A stretch of DNA of 64,000 nucleotides from Salpingoeca rosetta (lineage: Eukaryota; Protista; Choanoflagellata), in NCBI GenBank assembly GCA_033442325.1, contig JAWQFM010000002.1:861865-925864 (forward strand), given 5' to 3'. The position numbers and the translations under genes were made by a program. Each line of letters starts with the position of its first letter. Position 1 is the stretch's first letter. This document shows, piece after piece, positions 34,384-52,193 of this stretch. The notes under the pieces are model-generated. The model ran no database searches. It saw only the letters and a program-made list of their open reading frames with translations, and was not told where the DNA came from.

Positions 34384-36627
34384 CTACTTTCTCGTTGCGG
34401 TCAGGCGGCGCGTTGAGCGGAGGGAGCGCCGGGTGTGGTCAAACTCCATCTGCACCGGTGGCGGCAATGTGGATGCGAGGTGTTGATGATGAGACGAGGC
34501 ATGTGATGTGCAGGTCACAGTGAAATGTGCGAACACATGGCTGGAAGACGGACAAGCAAACAGAGGAAAAGAGCGGATACAAACACAGAGGCGGATACAT
34601 ACATGCAACACTTACTCGCACGCACACGCCAACAACCAGCACACACACACACACACACGCAAACAGCACATACGCACACATGCCAACAGCCAGCACACAC
34701 ACACACACACACAAGCAAACAGCACATACGCGCACACACGCGCGCGCGCAAACAGCACAAGCATACACACACGCACACACACACACACACACACACCTGA
34801 GCGAGGTCGAGTTTGCGCTCCATTGTGCGAACGGTCTGCTGGAGCTTTGGCATTGTTGCCTGCTGCTTCACCAGATCAAGCACCTCCGGCACGCGGTGGT
34901 CTTCAAGCTGCACCCCAGTGACAGACAATGGATTGACATGGGGGATGAGAGCAGTGGGATGGAGGAGAGATGTCGAAAGGAGGAGGTGGGAGTGGATGCC
35001 CAAACACAGCGAGTGCATGAGCCAACTTGGAACACATGCGAACACGCATGCACACACACACACATACACACGCACACACATACACACACATACCTGCTGG
35101 GAGAGACTGTTGCTGCGTGCCTTGAGCTTTGCGTGTGCGCTGTCGACGCGTTGGCGCTCTGCTGCTATGCGACGAATGAGATCCTCACGACTCGAAATCT
35201 CCACAGCCACGCGGTCAGACTCCGCTTGCAGCACCCGCAGCCGGTCCTGGCGGTGGTGATGGTGGTGATAGTGATGGTGATAGTGATGGTGGTGATAGTG
35301 ATGGTGGTGATAGTGGTGGTGGTGAGATTGATAGTGGCGATAGTGGCAATGACAGGACCACGACAACAGAGTACAGCCGCAGGAATGAAGCAGAATGCTC
35401 GATGGAGCGCAACTGACCCCTCGCCCCTTCTTCCAAACACACGCACACACACACATCACATCACACAACGATCGCTTCTCCCACTCGTGCGTGCGTGCGT
35501 GCGTGTGAATGCCCACCTTGAACTTCTCCAGCGTCTGGTTCGTCCTGCCTGCGGCCGACTTGAGTTTGGACAGCTCTTTGTTGCGCTTATCAATGTCAAC
35601 GGAGAACTGCTCATTCTCAATCTTCAGCTGCTCAAAGTCGACCTGGTGCAGGTGTCCGCCAATCTCGTCCTTGGCCTTGAGCTGCGACACCGCGCGCTGC
35701 TTGTGCGCCCGCATCGTCTGGTTCTTCACGTTCAGCTTGTCCTTCAGCGTTTCGCATTGCTGAGGTGATGGTGGGTGGTGGCAGTGGTGGGAACACGGAG
35801 GGAATGACGTCATGAGAATACATGTGGCCAATGATGAAGATGCGCGGCACACGTTCGGCGGCAGCAGAGAAAAGATGAGAAAAGGCAACTCGACCACGTG
35901 TGCGTGCGTGAGAGAATGTTGGCGACACGAACCTTCATTCGCCGGCGATAGAAGGCGCGAAGAGCATCCGTCTCCACTTTTCCAGACCGCTGCAATCACA
36001 CATACACATGCATGCATGCATGGGCGTGTGAGTGTATTGTTCGGAAAGAGCACCGTGTGCCGCTCGTGGGTCGGACAGAGCTATCCCCACAGCATGGGCA
36101 GCACGAACAAGTCAAGTCGGTTGGATGATCGATACACTGCGCTTGAGTGTGCATGTACAGACATATATGTGTGCACGTACACATGTTCCAAGAACACACA
36201 CGCACACATGTACAACAGCACACACACACACACACACAAGCATATGCACAAGAGCACGCACGCACGCACACACATGTACAACAGCACGCACACACATATA
36301 TATGCACACGTGTATACATGCGCACCGAGAGTTCTGCGCTGCGTGTGACTTCGTCGTCAAAGAGCATTTCCAGCTTTGGAATCTCCATCAGGCGAACTTC
36401 TGATTCCGCAATCACAGCCTGCAGCGTGTGCACCTTCTGTAGCGACTCCTCTTTGAACCTGCACAGATAAGTAGCAAACAACAGCACATGACAGCAAGGT
36501 AATGTGAGTGGATTTGCATGTGTTTGTGGGTTGAGACACGGGGTGGCTGTGAAGGCGCTATCTGGAATATACTTCAAGCTCATAGTCAAAGGAGCACAAT
36601 GGACACACAAAAATCCACCGCGGTACG

Positions 36628-36695
<68 letters not shown>

Positions 36696-37038
36696 ATGCG
36701 ATGGCGAAGCACATTCGCCACACGACTTTACTTACCGGCATCCAAACGGGGTGTGGACCTCTTCTAGCGTCGAGGCTTTCCGATCGGGTTCCGAGCCAGT
36801 TTCTGTACGAGTGGTTCCCAATCTTTAATTAGGCGACGCTGTTAGGATTCTTACGAATAAGAGAGACTTGGCGCGATGTGTGGATAAATAACCGGTTTGG
36901 CATTGCTCTGATCGTAGTAGTATATCTGACAGGTCACCCATCTATGCGCCACGTCCCCTCGTTAGCATGGACTTGTGTCTACAGAGTCTGTCCGGATGTC
37001 ATTATCTCAAAACACACACACACACACACACACCACTA

Positions 37039-37102
<64 letters not shown>

Positions 37103-38288
37103 ACCTCCTGTGTTTGTTGTGACATGACACTGACTGTTTGAGTTGGGCGCGGAGATAGTCGAGATCCCGCTGTGCAATATCGCTCTTCTGGACATCTGTG
37201 AGCACAGTCGGTGCTGTGGAAGCAGCGCTGCGCGCACTCGAGCGCATCGACCGCGACCGTCGCCGTGTTGTGCGCTCCTTCACTTGCACCGTCTCCTGCG
37301 CATCCTCGTCATCTGTGATCACAGCGGCAGCAGTAGCAGCAGTCACGGCAGCAACACACGTGAGAAAGTTGCAACGCGTGCTGTGTAAAGTTGATGGCAG
37401 GCGCGCGTGTGACGTGCTCCCCACCTCCTTCATTTGCTCTCTAAGTACCTGTCTCAACTGCGTCCGCCTGTTGCCTGTCAAAATAGCGTTGCAAGCACTC
37501 CGTCTCCAGTCTCAGCGTCTCATTCGCTTCCCTGTGAGCAGCGCATCGCGTGCGTTGGTGGGTGAGCAAACCAATACTTGAGGCTCCTTGCGGTGCACAA
37601 GGTGGGACACACACACACACATGACAACACACAGAGAGAAGTAGACACGTGCAAAACCACGAGCAAACGTCGACGTACGCACACACACGCACACACACGC
37701 ACACACACACACGCACACACGCATATGTGCGCTTAAGTATCACTTCGCAACCGCGACGTACTGTTGTTCAAACACGCGTTGTTCCAACTCGTCAACATCC
37801 AGATCCGGAAATGGATCAAGCCACTCCTCCTCCTCCTCCTCATCGTCGTCGTGTTCCTCTTCTGCCTCCCCTTGCTCGTTCTCCTCATCATCATCGTCAT
37901 CGCTCTCCCCTCTCTCATCCCCCTCGCCTCGGTCATTTTCCTCGTCTCCTTCCTTGGCAGTGCCTTCGGTTTGGTCTCCTCCCTCTCCTGCCTCAGCATG
38001 TTCTTCTCTCTCTGGCTCCGCTTCACCATCTTCATCTCGTACATCGTGTTCGGGCCTTTCGGTGGCTCCTCCCTCATCATCTCCCTCCTCTGTCGCTCCT
38101 TCCGCTAATGCACTGTCCTTTGGCCGCAACGCACTCCCGCCACGGCTTTGCTCCTTTTCCTGCTGCTGCTGCTGCTGCTGCTGTTGGTCTTCTGCTTCCG
38201 TGCCCGCACCGCCACCAACAACACCAACATCAACACCAACATCAACACCAACATCAGCACCAACATTAGCGCCCTCTGTCTCAGCCAT
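34384..38288 (-). CDS. CCDC113: Ciliary coiled-coil protein CCDC113/CFAP263 with an acidic N-terminal extension
   Basis: [84 protein letters not shown]. Confidence 0.85.
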
Positions 38289-38310
38289 CTTCGCTGCTCT
38301 CGCTGGCTCT

Positions 38311-38317
38311 TGGCAAC
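38311..38317 (-). promoter_or_regulatory. RFX-type half X-box GTTGCCA just upstream of the CCDC113 start codon
   Basis: TGGCAAC on + reads GTTGCCA on the gene strand, 23-29 nt upstream of the ATG of a ciliary gene. Confidence 0.6.
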
Positions 38318-38360
38318 CCGTGACTACTCTTCTTGGTGTTGTGAAGGGCCACTGCAAGTT

Positions 38361-40634
38361 ATGAACATTCGCGGTATCTTTAAACAAAAGCCGTTCACTG
38401 CACGGAGCATGATGACTGGTGGCAGCATGAAGCTCGACACTGTGTGCTTCGCACAGCAGGGGTTGCTGTGCTGCTACGACAGCGATGGCGGCGGAGACAG
38501 CGACACCGAAGGTGCAGATGGGCGCCATGAAGCTGCTCGTGGTGTGCAGCAACAACAACAGCGCCAACAGCAACAGCAAACGCAGAAGCAACAGCAACAG
38601 CAAAACTCGACACACAAAACGCAGCTAGGTGGCAACGAGAACCATCGCGTTTTGATCTTGGGTGACGGCAACTTGTCGTTCGCCCACTCTGTGGCCACGC
38701 GCTTGTTAGACGCTGCTGCTGAAAGTAGCCAGCCTGCGAAGATTGTGGCCACGACGTACGATACCGAGGACATGCTGTTGGATCGTCACCCGGACAGTGT
38801 CACCCATCTCCTTGCACTTCGTGCCATGCCCGAGCTGGTCAACGTGCAGACTGGTGTAGATGCCACCAACATCGCCAGCACGCTGGACACACAGGCTGCG
38901 GGCCACGATGTATTTGACGAAATTGTGTTCACGTTTCCCCACGTGGGTGGGAAGTGTCCCATCGGCCACAACCGCGACTTGCTTTGCGGGTTCTTCGCCA
39001 GCGCCAAATGCTGTCTCGCCCCACGAGGCGTCATCTGCCTCACCCTGGCTGTTGGTCAGGGCGGTACGTCCTTCGACGCCATCAAGCGTCCAAGAAAAGG
39101 CGATCACTGGCAAGCAGTCGAGGTGAGCAATGTTTGCTTTGTATTTACAGAGAGACAGAACGAGGCAGACAGAGCCAGAGGGACAGAGACTGACACGCAC
39201 AGACAGAGACAGAGAGAAAGAGAGGGACAGAAACGGAGACAGAGACGGAGACAGAGAAAGAGCCTGACAGAGACGGAGACAGAGACTGAGACTGATGGAT
39301 TGAGACAGAGGGGGACACGGCGGCACAGTCACTTTTGTTTTCATGTCAGAACGCCGCTCGCTGCTCATGCACCTGTCTACTTTATACTCTCTTCCAGAAC
39401 ACAAGTACTGCCTTATAATGTTCCCGTCTCACAATCAGTGCCCACAACACTCGCCCTACTTGCTCTGCCTGGCGACAACTTTGCAATTACCTTTGATCCA
39501 TCAAGCTGGCTGCCACGAGCGAGTTTCGGCTCGTGGGTGCTCGTCCGTTTCTCGCTCACGAATTCAAGCACTACACCTGCTCCGGTCGCCGCAGCACGGT
39601 ACATAGCTTCTTGATGGCGGTGTACCAGTGCCTGCATACTGCGTTGTGTTTCCTGCATTGCTGTCGAGCTTGCTGGCGGAGTGGCCCTGGCTTCTCCTGA
39701 GGCCAAAGAAACCTTTGTGTGCAATGGGAGAGTTGTGTTCGATGTTCACATTGCTTCTTTGCAACGCGGTTGGTTGCCCCACAAGGAGATTGAAGCAACG
39801 CCCATCACTGTCCCCATGACTCAGCTACGTGTTGTTTGTTTGTTTGTTTGTTTGTTTGTTTGTTTGTTTGTTTGTTTGTTTGTGTGTGCACGCAATGGTG
39901 TTGACAGGCACGCACGTTTCGCACAGACGGTGCAACAACACTCTTCTTCACGCACAACCCGCCTCCGATCAAGGACGACGGCCAAAGACATGATGGAATT
40001 GACCATAACAGCTTCCCCGTCTCCCTGCAAGCCCCATCACTCGAGTCGTCACCCCATTTCGAACCAGCGCACGACGAATCATATGCGCGCGCCTCTGCGC
40101 TCCCGCTCGTTCGCCTCGTCATCTCTCTCTTCCAGCACTGCTGGCACCCTACCCCTGACACAAAGGTTAGGTGTGCGTGTGTGGGGGGGGGATGGGGTGG
40201 GGTGGTGGATGTGTATGCTGTCTGCTGTTCTGTTTGGCTGCCATGTGCGAACACAGCTCACCTCACTCCATCAATCCACGAAATGCAGATGACCGTGCTC
40301 AACGTTACCCAACCAGACCAACCCCTCTTTGCTGGGTGAGTGCAAATATATATGTGTGTGTGCATATGTGTGCGAACACCTCTTCCTTCAGTCCCTGTTC
40401 GCCTCACGCTCTTATCTTGTCATCCACATACACAAACTTGCATTCACACATACACATACACGCATGTGCTCTGTCTGGCGCGCGTCATGAACAGGAAAGC
40501 GCCCATTGCAAGCGCAGCCACTGAAATCACACACGCCCTCAGGGTATTGCAAACGCTCAGTGCATGTGCGTGTGCGTGTGTGCTGTGGTACTGTCTGAGA
40601 GTGTGTGTGTGTGAACAACAACAACAACAACAGC

Positions 40635-40677
<43 letters not shown>

Positions 40678-41422
40678 GCAACAACAACAACAACAACAGC
40701 AACAACAACAACAACAACAACAACAGCAACAACAACAACAACAACAGCAGCAGCAGCAGCAACAATGCACGCACGCACGCGCACAGCCCACCGCATCGCT
40801 TTCTCACTTCGTGCTCATGTGCGTGTGTGCATCAGGAGGTGGAGGAGCAACTGTTACAGCGTGTTCCAACTCTGAACGCGGCAGGCAGTCTGAAGCACAA
40901 CCCAGACACAAGCACGGACGATGGTGATGGTGATGGTGACGACGTATCTGCGACAGCGGTGATGTGTACACGGGGAGTCGGGTCGACGGAGAGCAGGCCT
41001 TCGTCATTGGAATCGCCCACCACCACAGTTGCCCTGATCGACGTGACGCAACTCCTCTGCGAATGGTTTGGTGTCGAAGACGACCGCTGTGTGCACACGC
41101 GAGACTGGCTGCTGCTGCACACGCTGGGTGGTGCTCCCCACCCACTCGCTCGTGTGTGTGTACTGGCAACAAGGGAGCAGATCAAAGCTGCGCACTTGCA
41201 CCACTGCCGCGCCAGTGACGACGATGATCATGATGATGATGATGGCGGTGGCAACGACGATGTCGCTAGCGTGGTGGCGACTAGTGGTGACGTTGACATG
41301 GATGCACTGCCTGCATCCGGCGCAGGGTGTGGTGCGTGCCTTGATTCGCCAGCTTGGACACACGACGTCAGCTTCTGGGTGCCCGCACTTGATGCTGGTG
41401 ACAATGTGGATAATATTGATGG

Positions 41423-41460
<38 letters not shown>

Positions 41461-41545
41461 GTCTGGAGCAGCAGTGGTTGGCACATGTGCAAACGATCAC
41501 AGATTCAGTGGCCGGCGAGGCGCTTGCGGTGAGACCGAATGCGTA

Positions 41546-41624
<79 letters not shown>

Positions 41625-42158
41625 TGTGAGCTGTGGTGATGACGACTCCTGCATTTGACAACCGAGCGCACGGCCGTACCGCACGCGTGCCACATCGTGT
41701 CCCCTTGTTGCAACACACGTGCAGTGGCAATGTGCGTGCGACAAAACAGATATCACATGTCTGCTCACAACAATGTTGTGCAATTTGCGTGTCGGCTTGC
41801 TGCGTGGCGCCAGTCGTGTGCGTGTGTTGACCGCTTTCAGCATCCGCACACACGTGCGCGCAGTTTCTGTTATCGCCTCGTCTACCAAGGCTGTGACACG
41901 GCCGTCAGCGAAGACACAGGTAGCACATGCGTGTGTGTGTATGTGTCTGTGTGTCTGTGTGGGTGTGTATGTGTGTGTGTGTGTGTGTGAGTGGGTGGGT
42001 GTTTCGCGCAACGAATGCTTGCATATCCATGGTTTGCTTGTCGATTATTCTTGCTCATAACAAACGTACACCCAAACGCACACACACATACAACAGCTTG
42101 GCAGTGGCAGCAGTCTGTCCGCTCGCGTCTTGCAGATCTTGGGTGTGAACTGAGGTGA
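38361..42158 (+). CDS. FDXACB1: FDXACB1-like protein (BMT5/DUF2431 methyltransferase-like domain plus ferredoxin-fold anticodon-binding domain); start could be 38428
   Basis: VLILGDGNLSFA, VATTYD, GVDAT, FDEIVFTFPHVGGK, NRDLLCGFFASA, LTLAVGQGGT; C-terminal HDVSFW..DRFQHPHTRARSFCYRLVYQGCD..LGCELR*. Confidence 0.85.
40614..40763. repeat. (CAA/CAG)n trinucleotide microsatellite, intronic
   Basis: About 50 triplets following a GT-rich intron start and preceding the acceptor at ~40834. Confidence 0.9.
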
Positions 42159-42169
42159 CCGCGACCGGT

Positions 42170-47495
<5,326 letters not shown>

Positions 47496-47865
47496 GTCCA
47501 ACCCAATTGCGCTTCACTTACCTGGTGTCCAGTACACATGCACCAGCGCACGTCATGTATGTATGTGTGTGTGAGTGTGTCCGTTGTGATGTTGGTGTTG
47601 TTCTGTTGTGACCGACCTGCATCCACAAGCAAGGCAAGGGGAAGGTGCGGCGCAACGGAGTCGATGTGAGTGAGCCGCTGCAGCGCTTCTCACAACCAAC
47701 CAACCACTGTTTCGCCGCTTTCGCCACCATCCTTGCGAGTCCTTCCACCCCATCTTGGGTGGATATTTTGTGGTGTTGGAACCGGTAACTGGACTAGAAA
47801 TAGGTGATAGGACAAACCTGCATTTTTGTGCGGGGGATTTCAGCAATTTTTTACCGCACCTTCCA

Positions 47866-47877
47866 TGTGCCTTTTTC
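47866..47877 (+). promoter_or_regulatory. TGTGCCTTTTTC candidate TCT/TOP-like initiator of RPL12
   Basis: The identical 12-mer also lies upstream of RPS13 on its sense strand. Confidence 0.5.
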
Positions 47878-47953
47878 TCCTGACAAGTGTGCGAGCCACC
47901 AAGCCACCCAGCTCACCGCCGTCGCCAGCCCTCCGCTCAACACAGCAGCCACT

Positions 47954-49932
47954 ATGCCTCCCAAGTTTGACCCCAACGAGGTTGCCTACCGTAAGTTCCC
48001 TTGGCCCGCGCGTTCGCCATCAACGATGCAAGCCCCGTGGTTGCTACGGCAGTGGTGGTGCTTGGTGGTGGCCGTTGTGCTCTGTGGCTGTTGATTGTGA
48101 GGTGTGGAGGTGTGTACGCTGGATGATGCGGCGGTGGTGCGAGGTGCCGTGCGGGCTGAAAGAAACAACACGCGCGCTGCTGCACCCGCAAGTGTTGTGA
48201 GGGATGCGGGACGTGCATCGAGCCGACACCAGCACCCGCCGCGATCACAGACAGCTGAGGAGACAGCAGGGGCGGGGATGAAAGAATGGGGCGCAGGCGA
48301 GGGAGGTGCGGCGCTCAATGACAGCAACGCACGCAGCACATGCACATGAACGACGACACTCATGACACCCGCAGCACATGAGATGGGGATGAAGAAGATC
48401 CATTGGCACTATCGCCACAGCAACAGTGTCGTCATCAGCAGCAGTCAGCATTAGCCAAAAGCGAAGAGAAGGTGTTGAGGTGCCATCGTGCACGAAGCAC
48501 AATCCCTTTCCTTCCATCGTGTCATGCTCATGTTCCATGTTTGTCACAGCAGTGTTTCTGTTGTTTGCTCTCTCGCACACGCGCACGCACTCATGCCCAC
48601 TGTGACTCGCTCTCGTTGTCCTCTCTTTTGACCATGCTTTCCAACACTGTTGTGCAGTCTACATGCGCGCTGTTGGTGGCGAGGTTGGTGCCACCTCCTC
48701 TCTTGCGCCCAAGCTCGGTCCTCTTGGTCTCTCCCCCAAGAAGGTCGGTGATGACATCGCCAAGGCCACCAAGGACTGGAAGGGTCTTCGCGTCACCGTC
48801 AAGCTGACCATCCAGAACAGGTGCGTGCGCTCTTGTGTGTATGTGTGCGGTATTCACGTGTGCGTGTGCGTGCTTGTATGTGGTGTGTGCTTTTTTTGCT
48901 TTGAGCGAGCTGTGTGGGGTTGATGTCTTCGTTGCTGTGGTTCGTTCTCATGCTCATGCTCATGCTCCTCCTCCTCTGCGTCCTCCTCATGCTCCGGTAC
49001 ATTGTCACCGCTTGGTCCAACACAACAGAAAAGCCACCGTCGCCATGGTGCCCACCGCCTCTGCTCTTGTGATCAAGGCCCTCAAGGAGCCTGTCCGCGA
49101 CCGCAAGAAGGAGAAGAACAGTGAGTTCATGGACACCTGTTGTTGATGCACAACAGCGTATATGTGTGTGAGTGTGTGAGCATGTGGGCGTGTATTTGCT
49201 TTTCTCTCCCCCATCTCTCACCTGAGGCGATGAATGATGCACGAATGAATACCCCGCACGCCGACGCTCTTTCTCACCACACCTCGTGGCGCTCGCTTGC
49301 CTTTTGTTTTGTCTTCAGTCGCACACGACGGCAACATCACATACGACGACGTCTACGAGGTCGCTAAGATCATGCGCCCCCGCTCCATGGCGAGGAAGAT
49401 GTCCGGTACCGTCAAGGTCAGTTGTGTGCTCCCCAATGCGAGGCAGAGCGAGAGCGAGAGCGCCGTTTCCATGAACCTGCATGTGTGTGTGTGTGTGTGA
49501 GCGCGTGCGTTTTGTTCGTTTGTGTTGTTCCTGCGCTGGTGCTGTTTTCTGATGCTCTACAACACTTGCACGTTCTTGGGTTATGCCCTGTTTTGCAGGA
49601 GATCCTTGGCACTGCACAGAGCGTTGGCTGCACTGTTGACGGTCGCCACCCTCACGACCTCATCGAGGACATTGACTCTGGTGAGTGAGTGTGTATGTGG
49701 GTTTTGATGTGTTCGTTGTCTCCTCTAGTTAGGGAGCTTGCGTGTCATGCGCTCCAGCCATGATGCGCTTCGATGAATTGCACGCGCCGCCGTCCTCTCG
49801 TCTCGCGCTTGGCCATTCATACACTCACACATGACAACACGCACACACACACAACACACATTGCCGTTCTGGTTCGCAGGTGCGCTTGTTGTGGAGGACT
49901 ATGATGCCCCCAAGGAGGAGGAGGCCAACTAA
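47954..49932 (+). CDS. RPL12: 60S ribosomal protein L12 (uL11), 6 exons
   Basis: [81 protein letters not shown]. Confidence 0.97.
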
Positions 49933-50167
49933 ACCTGTGCTGCATGCTCCTGCTTCTCGTTTCTAGAGTTGCGCCTCTTGTGGCCTTGTTTTGTTGAAGG
50001 TGAATTGGGTCCGTGTCTGAAGCACAAAAAGTACAACAAACAAATGGAAACGAGAGCCATGTCGCAAACCGTCGTTGACGACCAAAGAAGGGCGGGGTGG
50101 GCATGCATGAACGTGGTCGTGCACATCACATGCGTGATGGAATTGGAAAAAAAAAGAATGAGCACCG

Positions 50168-50240
50168 TGGAGCTGCCGGGTATCGATCCCGGTACCTCTC
50201 GCATGCTAAGCGAGCGCTCTACCACTTGAGCTACAGCCCC
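50168..50240 (-). tRNA. tRNA-Ala (AGC)
   Basis: GGGGCTGTAGCTCAAGTGGTAGAGCGCTCGCTTAGCATGCGAGAGGTACCGGGATCGATACCCGGCAGCTCCA folds into a cloverleaf with a G3:U70 pair; a downstream oligo-T Pol III terminator lies at ~50147-50155. Confidence 0.97.
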
Positions 50241-50761
50241 TTCATTTCTGATGGAAAGATGCAGGTCAGAAACACATATGTTTGAAAAGTATGCGTATCT
50301 TCCTGAGGTTTTCAACGCCTACCCACGTGCAACTCTTAGCCTGCCTCTTCCTTCACAACTATCATGTTCAATTTGAGCCATTCATGTACTGCGCACACTG
50401 CGTGTGTGTTTTTTTTTTAATTGATGACCTCAACTGCGGCGCCCGCCCATGCCATGTAATAAAACAAGCGAGGCAGACACACGAACAACCCAACGTCGTG
50501 GCTCGTTCAACACAGCCAGCCAGCCAACCAAAATCAACAACAACAACACACAGAGTAGCAGCAGATGATGATGAAATGACACAAGAGCGAGAGCACAAAG
50601 ACAAAATGTAGAGGGAGGGGGTGCAAAGACAGGGGTGACAGGGACCACGTGACATGATTATGTGTCACCACCACAACAACCTTGCGTCTCCCTACAAAAT
50701 GCCAGTGCCCACGCCTGCGCGCACATCATGCTGTCCACGCGGCAAAGGGAGATGGGTGCGT

Positions 50762-52122
50762 TTACGCGACGAGGGCGCTGGCGGTGGCGCTCTCGTACTT
50801 GAAGTTGGGGGCAACGACGCCCTTGGTGCGGTAGTAGCGGCTGAGGCGGTGGATACGGCTCTCAACGAGAATGAGGCGGAACTTGCAGTCCTTGTCGTTG
50901 CGGTTCTCCTGCAGGTGCTTGCGCATGGCGACGGCCTTCTTGATGAGGCAGTACAGGTCCTCCGGGATCTCGGGGGCAAGGCCGGCGGCCTTGAGGATGC
51001 GGAGCACCTTGGTGCCCGTGATGGCCTTGGTGGACGAGATGCCACGGCTATCACGAAGAATCACACCTGGAAACAAAACAGATTTTTTTTTGGGGGGGGG
51101 GGTGAAGGTTAGGCAAGGGGGCGGGGAGGAGAGAAGAGGAGGAAGAGAGGGGAAGAAAATGGAAAGAGGAGAGATAGGGGAAGGAGATGTGGTGTGGCGA
51201 GCGCCAGTGTTCAGCATCATGTTCAGCCATCCCACAGCACACAGCAAGCATGTTAGGTGCAAACACACAGACACAACAAGACACAACAACAACAACGACG
51301 ACGACGACAACAACAACAACAATAACTTACATTAAACAACAACAACAACAACGACAACAAAAGGCCCTCAAAGAGAAAGAGAAAGAGCCTCACGTTTGAT
51401 GCGGTGCTGCTATGCAGGCACGCACACCAACGGCCATGACAGGCCAGGAGGTCGGCAAGAGCCAGGCATGTACAGATCAACAGCACCGCCACCCAGCTGA
51501 GGACAATGTCCAACAGCATGCACATGGTATTGGTGCTGCATGATCAACCCGAGAAACTCAAGCCCAAAGGCACGGCGTCATTACCAATCTTGGAGGGGGT
51601 GTGACCCTTGCGCGCAAGCTTCACAATGCTCTCCTTGACATCGTCAGCAGAGTACAGGTTCTTCAGCCACTGTTGTGTGGGCAACGGCAGGAGCGGTGTC
51701 AGTTGGTGTGAGTGAGTGGGTGAGTGAGTGAGCGAAAACAGTGAGTGCGTGGGTGAGAAGAATGAGTGAGTGAGTGTGAATAGGAAAGTAAAATGTAGTG
51801 GGAGAAGGGAAGGGAGGAGAGGAAGAGAAGGCAAGGCTTGTTGGCAGGCAAGAATGGAAACAGATGAAGCGATATGATGTGGATGGAAGAGCACCACAAA
51901 CCATCACCACAAACCACCAAACCACCACAAGCACAAACGAGCACGACGGTGACGAGTACAACGTGATGTGACAACAAATCACCACCGAGAATATCGGACA
52001 GCATGTCATGTTCACAGGAGCAGTGGGAGTCTGGTCTTGAAGAAACGTACGGAAGGGGCTGTGCGGACAAAGGGGCGGGAAGAGCGGGAGATACCCTTGC
52101 CAGGTGCGTGCATGCGACCCAT
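50762..52122 (-). CDS. RPS13: 40S ribosomal protein S13 (uS15), 3 exons
   Basis: [87 protein letters not shown]. Confidence 0.97.
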
Positions 52123-52181
52123 GGTTGGTTGTCTTGGCTTGTTCACAGAGAGAAGCACGAGGAGGACGACGAAGACGAGAG

Positions 52182-52193
52182 GAAAAAGGCACA
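52182..52193 (-). promoter_or_regulatory. TGTGCCTTTTTC candidate TCT/TOP-like initiator of RPS13
   Basis: Lies 60 nt upstream of the ATG and is identical to the RPL12 motif. Confidence 0.5.

Noticed and set aside
36722-36745. ACGACTTTACTTACC resembling a U1 or U3 5' end, or the complement of the SSU rRNA 3' end
   Set aside because: The U1-70K loop, Sm site and U3 box A/B/C are missing, and the rRNA similarity is about 12 nt with an indel.
36945-36975. GTCCCCTCG resembling an HDV-like ribozyme core
   Set aside because: No P1/P2 partners could be found to complete the double pseudoknot.
40605-40770. Poly-N/poly-Q coding tract
   Set aside because: It lies between a GT-repeat intron start and the acceptor at ~40834, so it is most likely intronic.
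51066-52050. U14 snoRNA in RPS13 introns, as in vertebrates
   Set aside because: Neither a box C/D pair nor the U14 domain A/B sequences are present.
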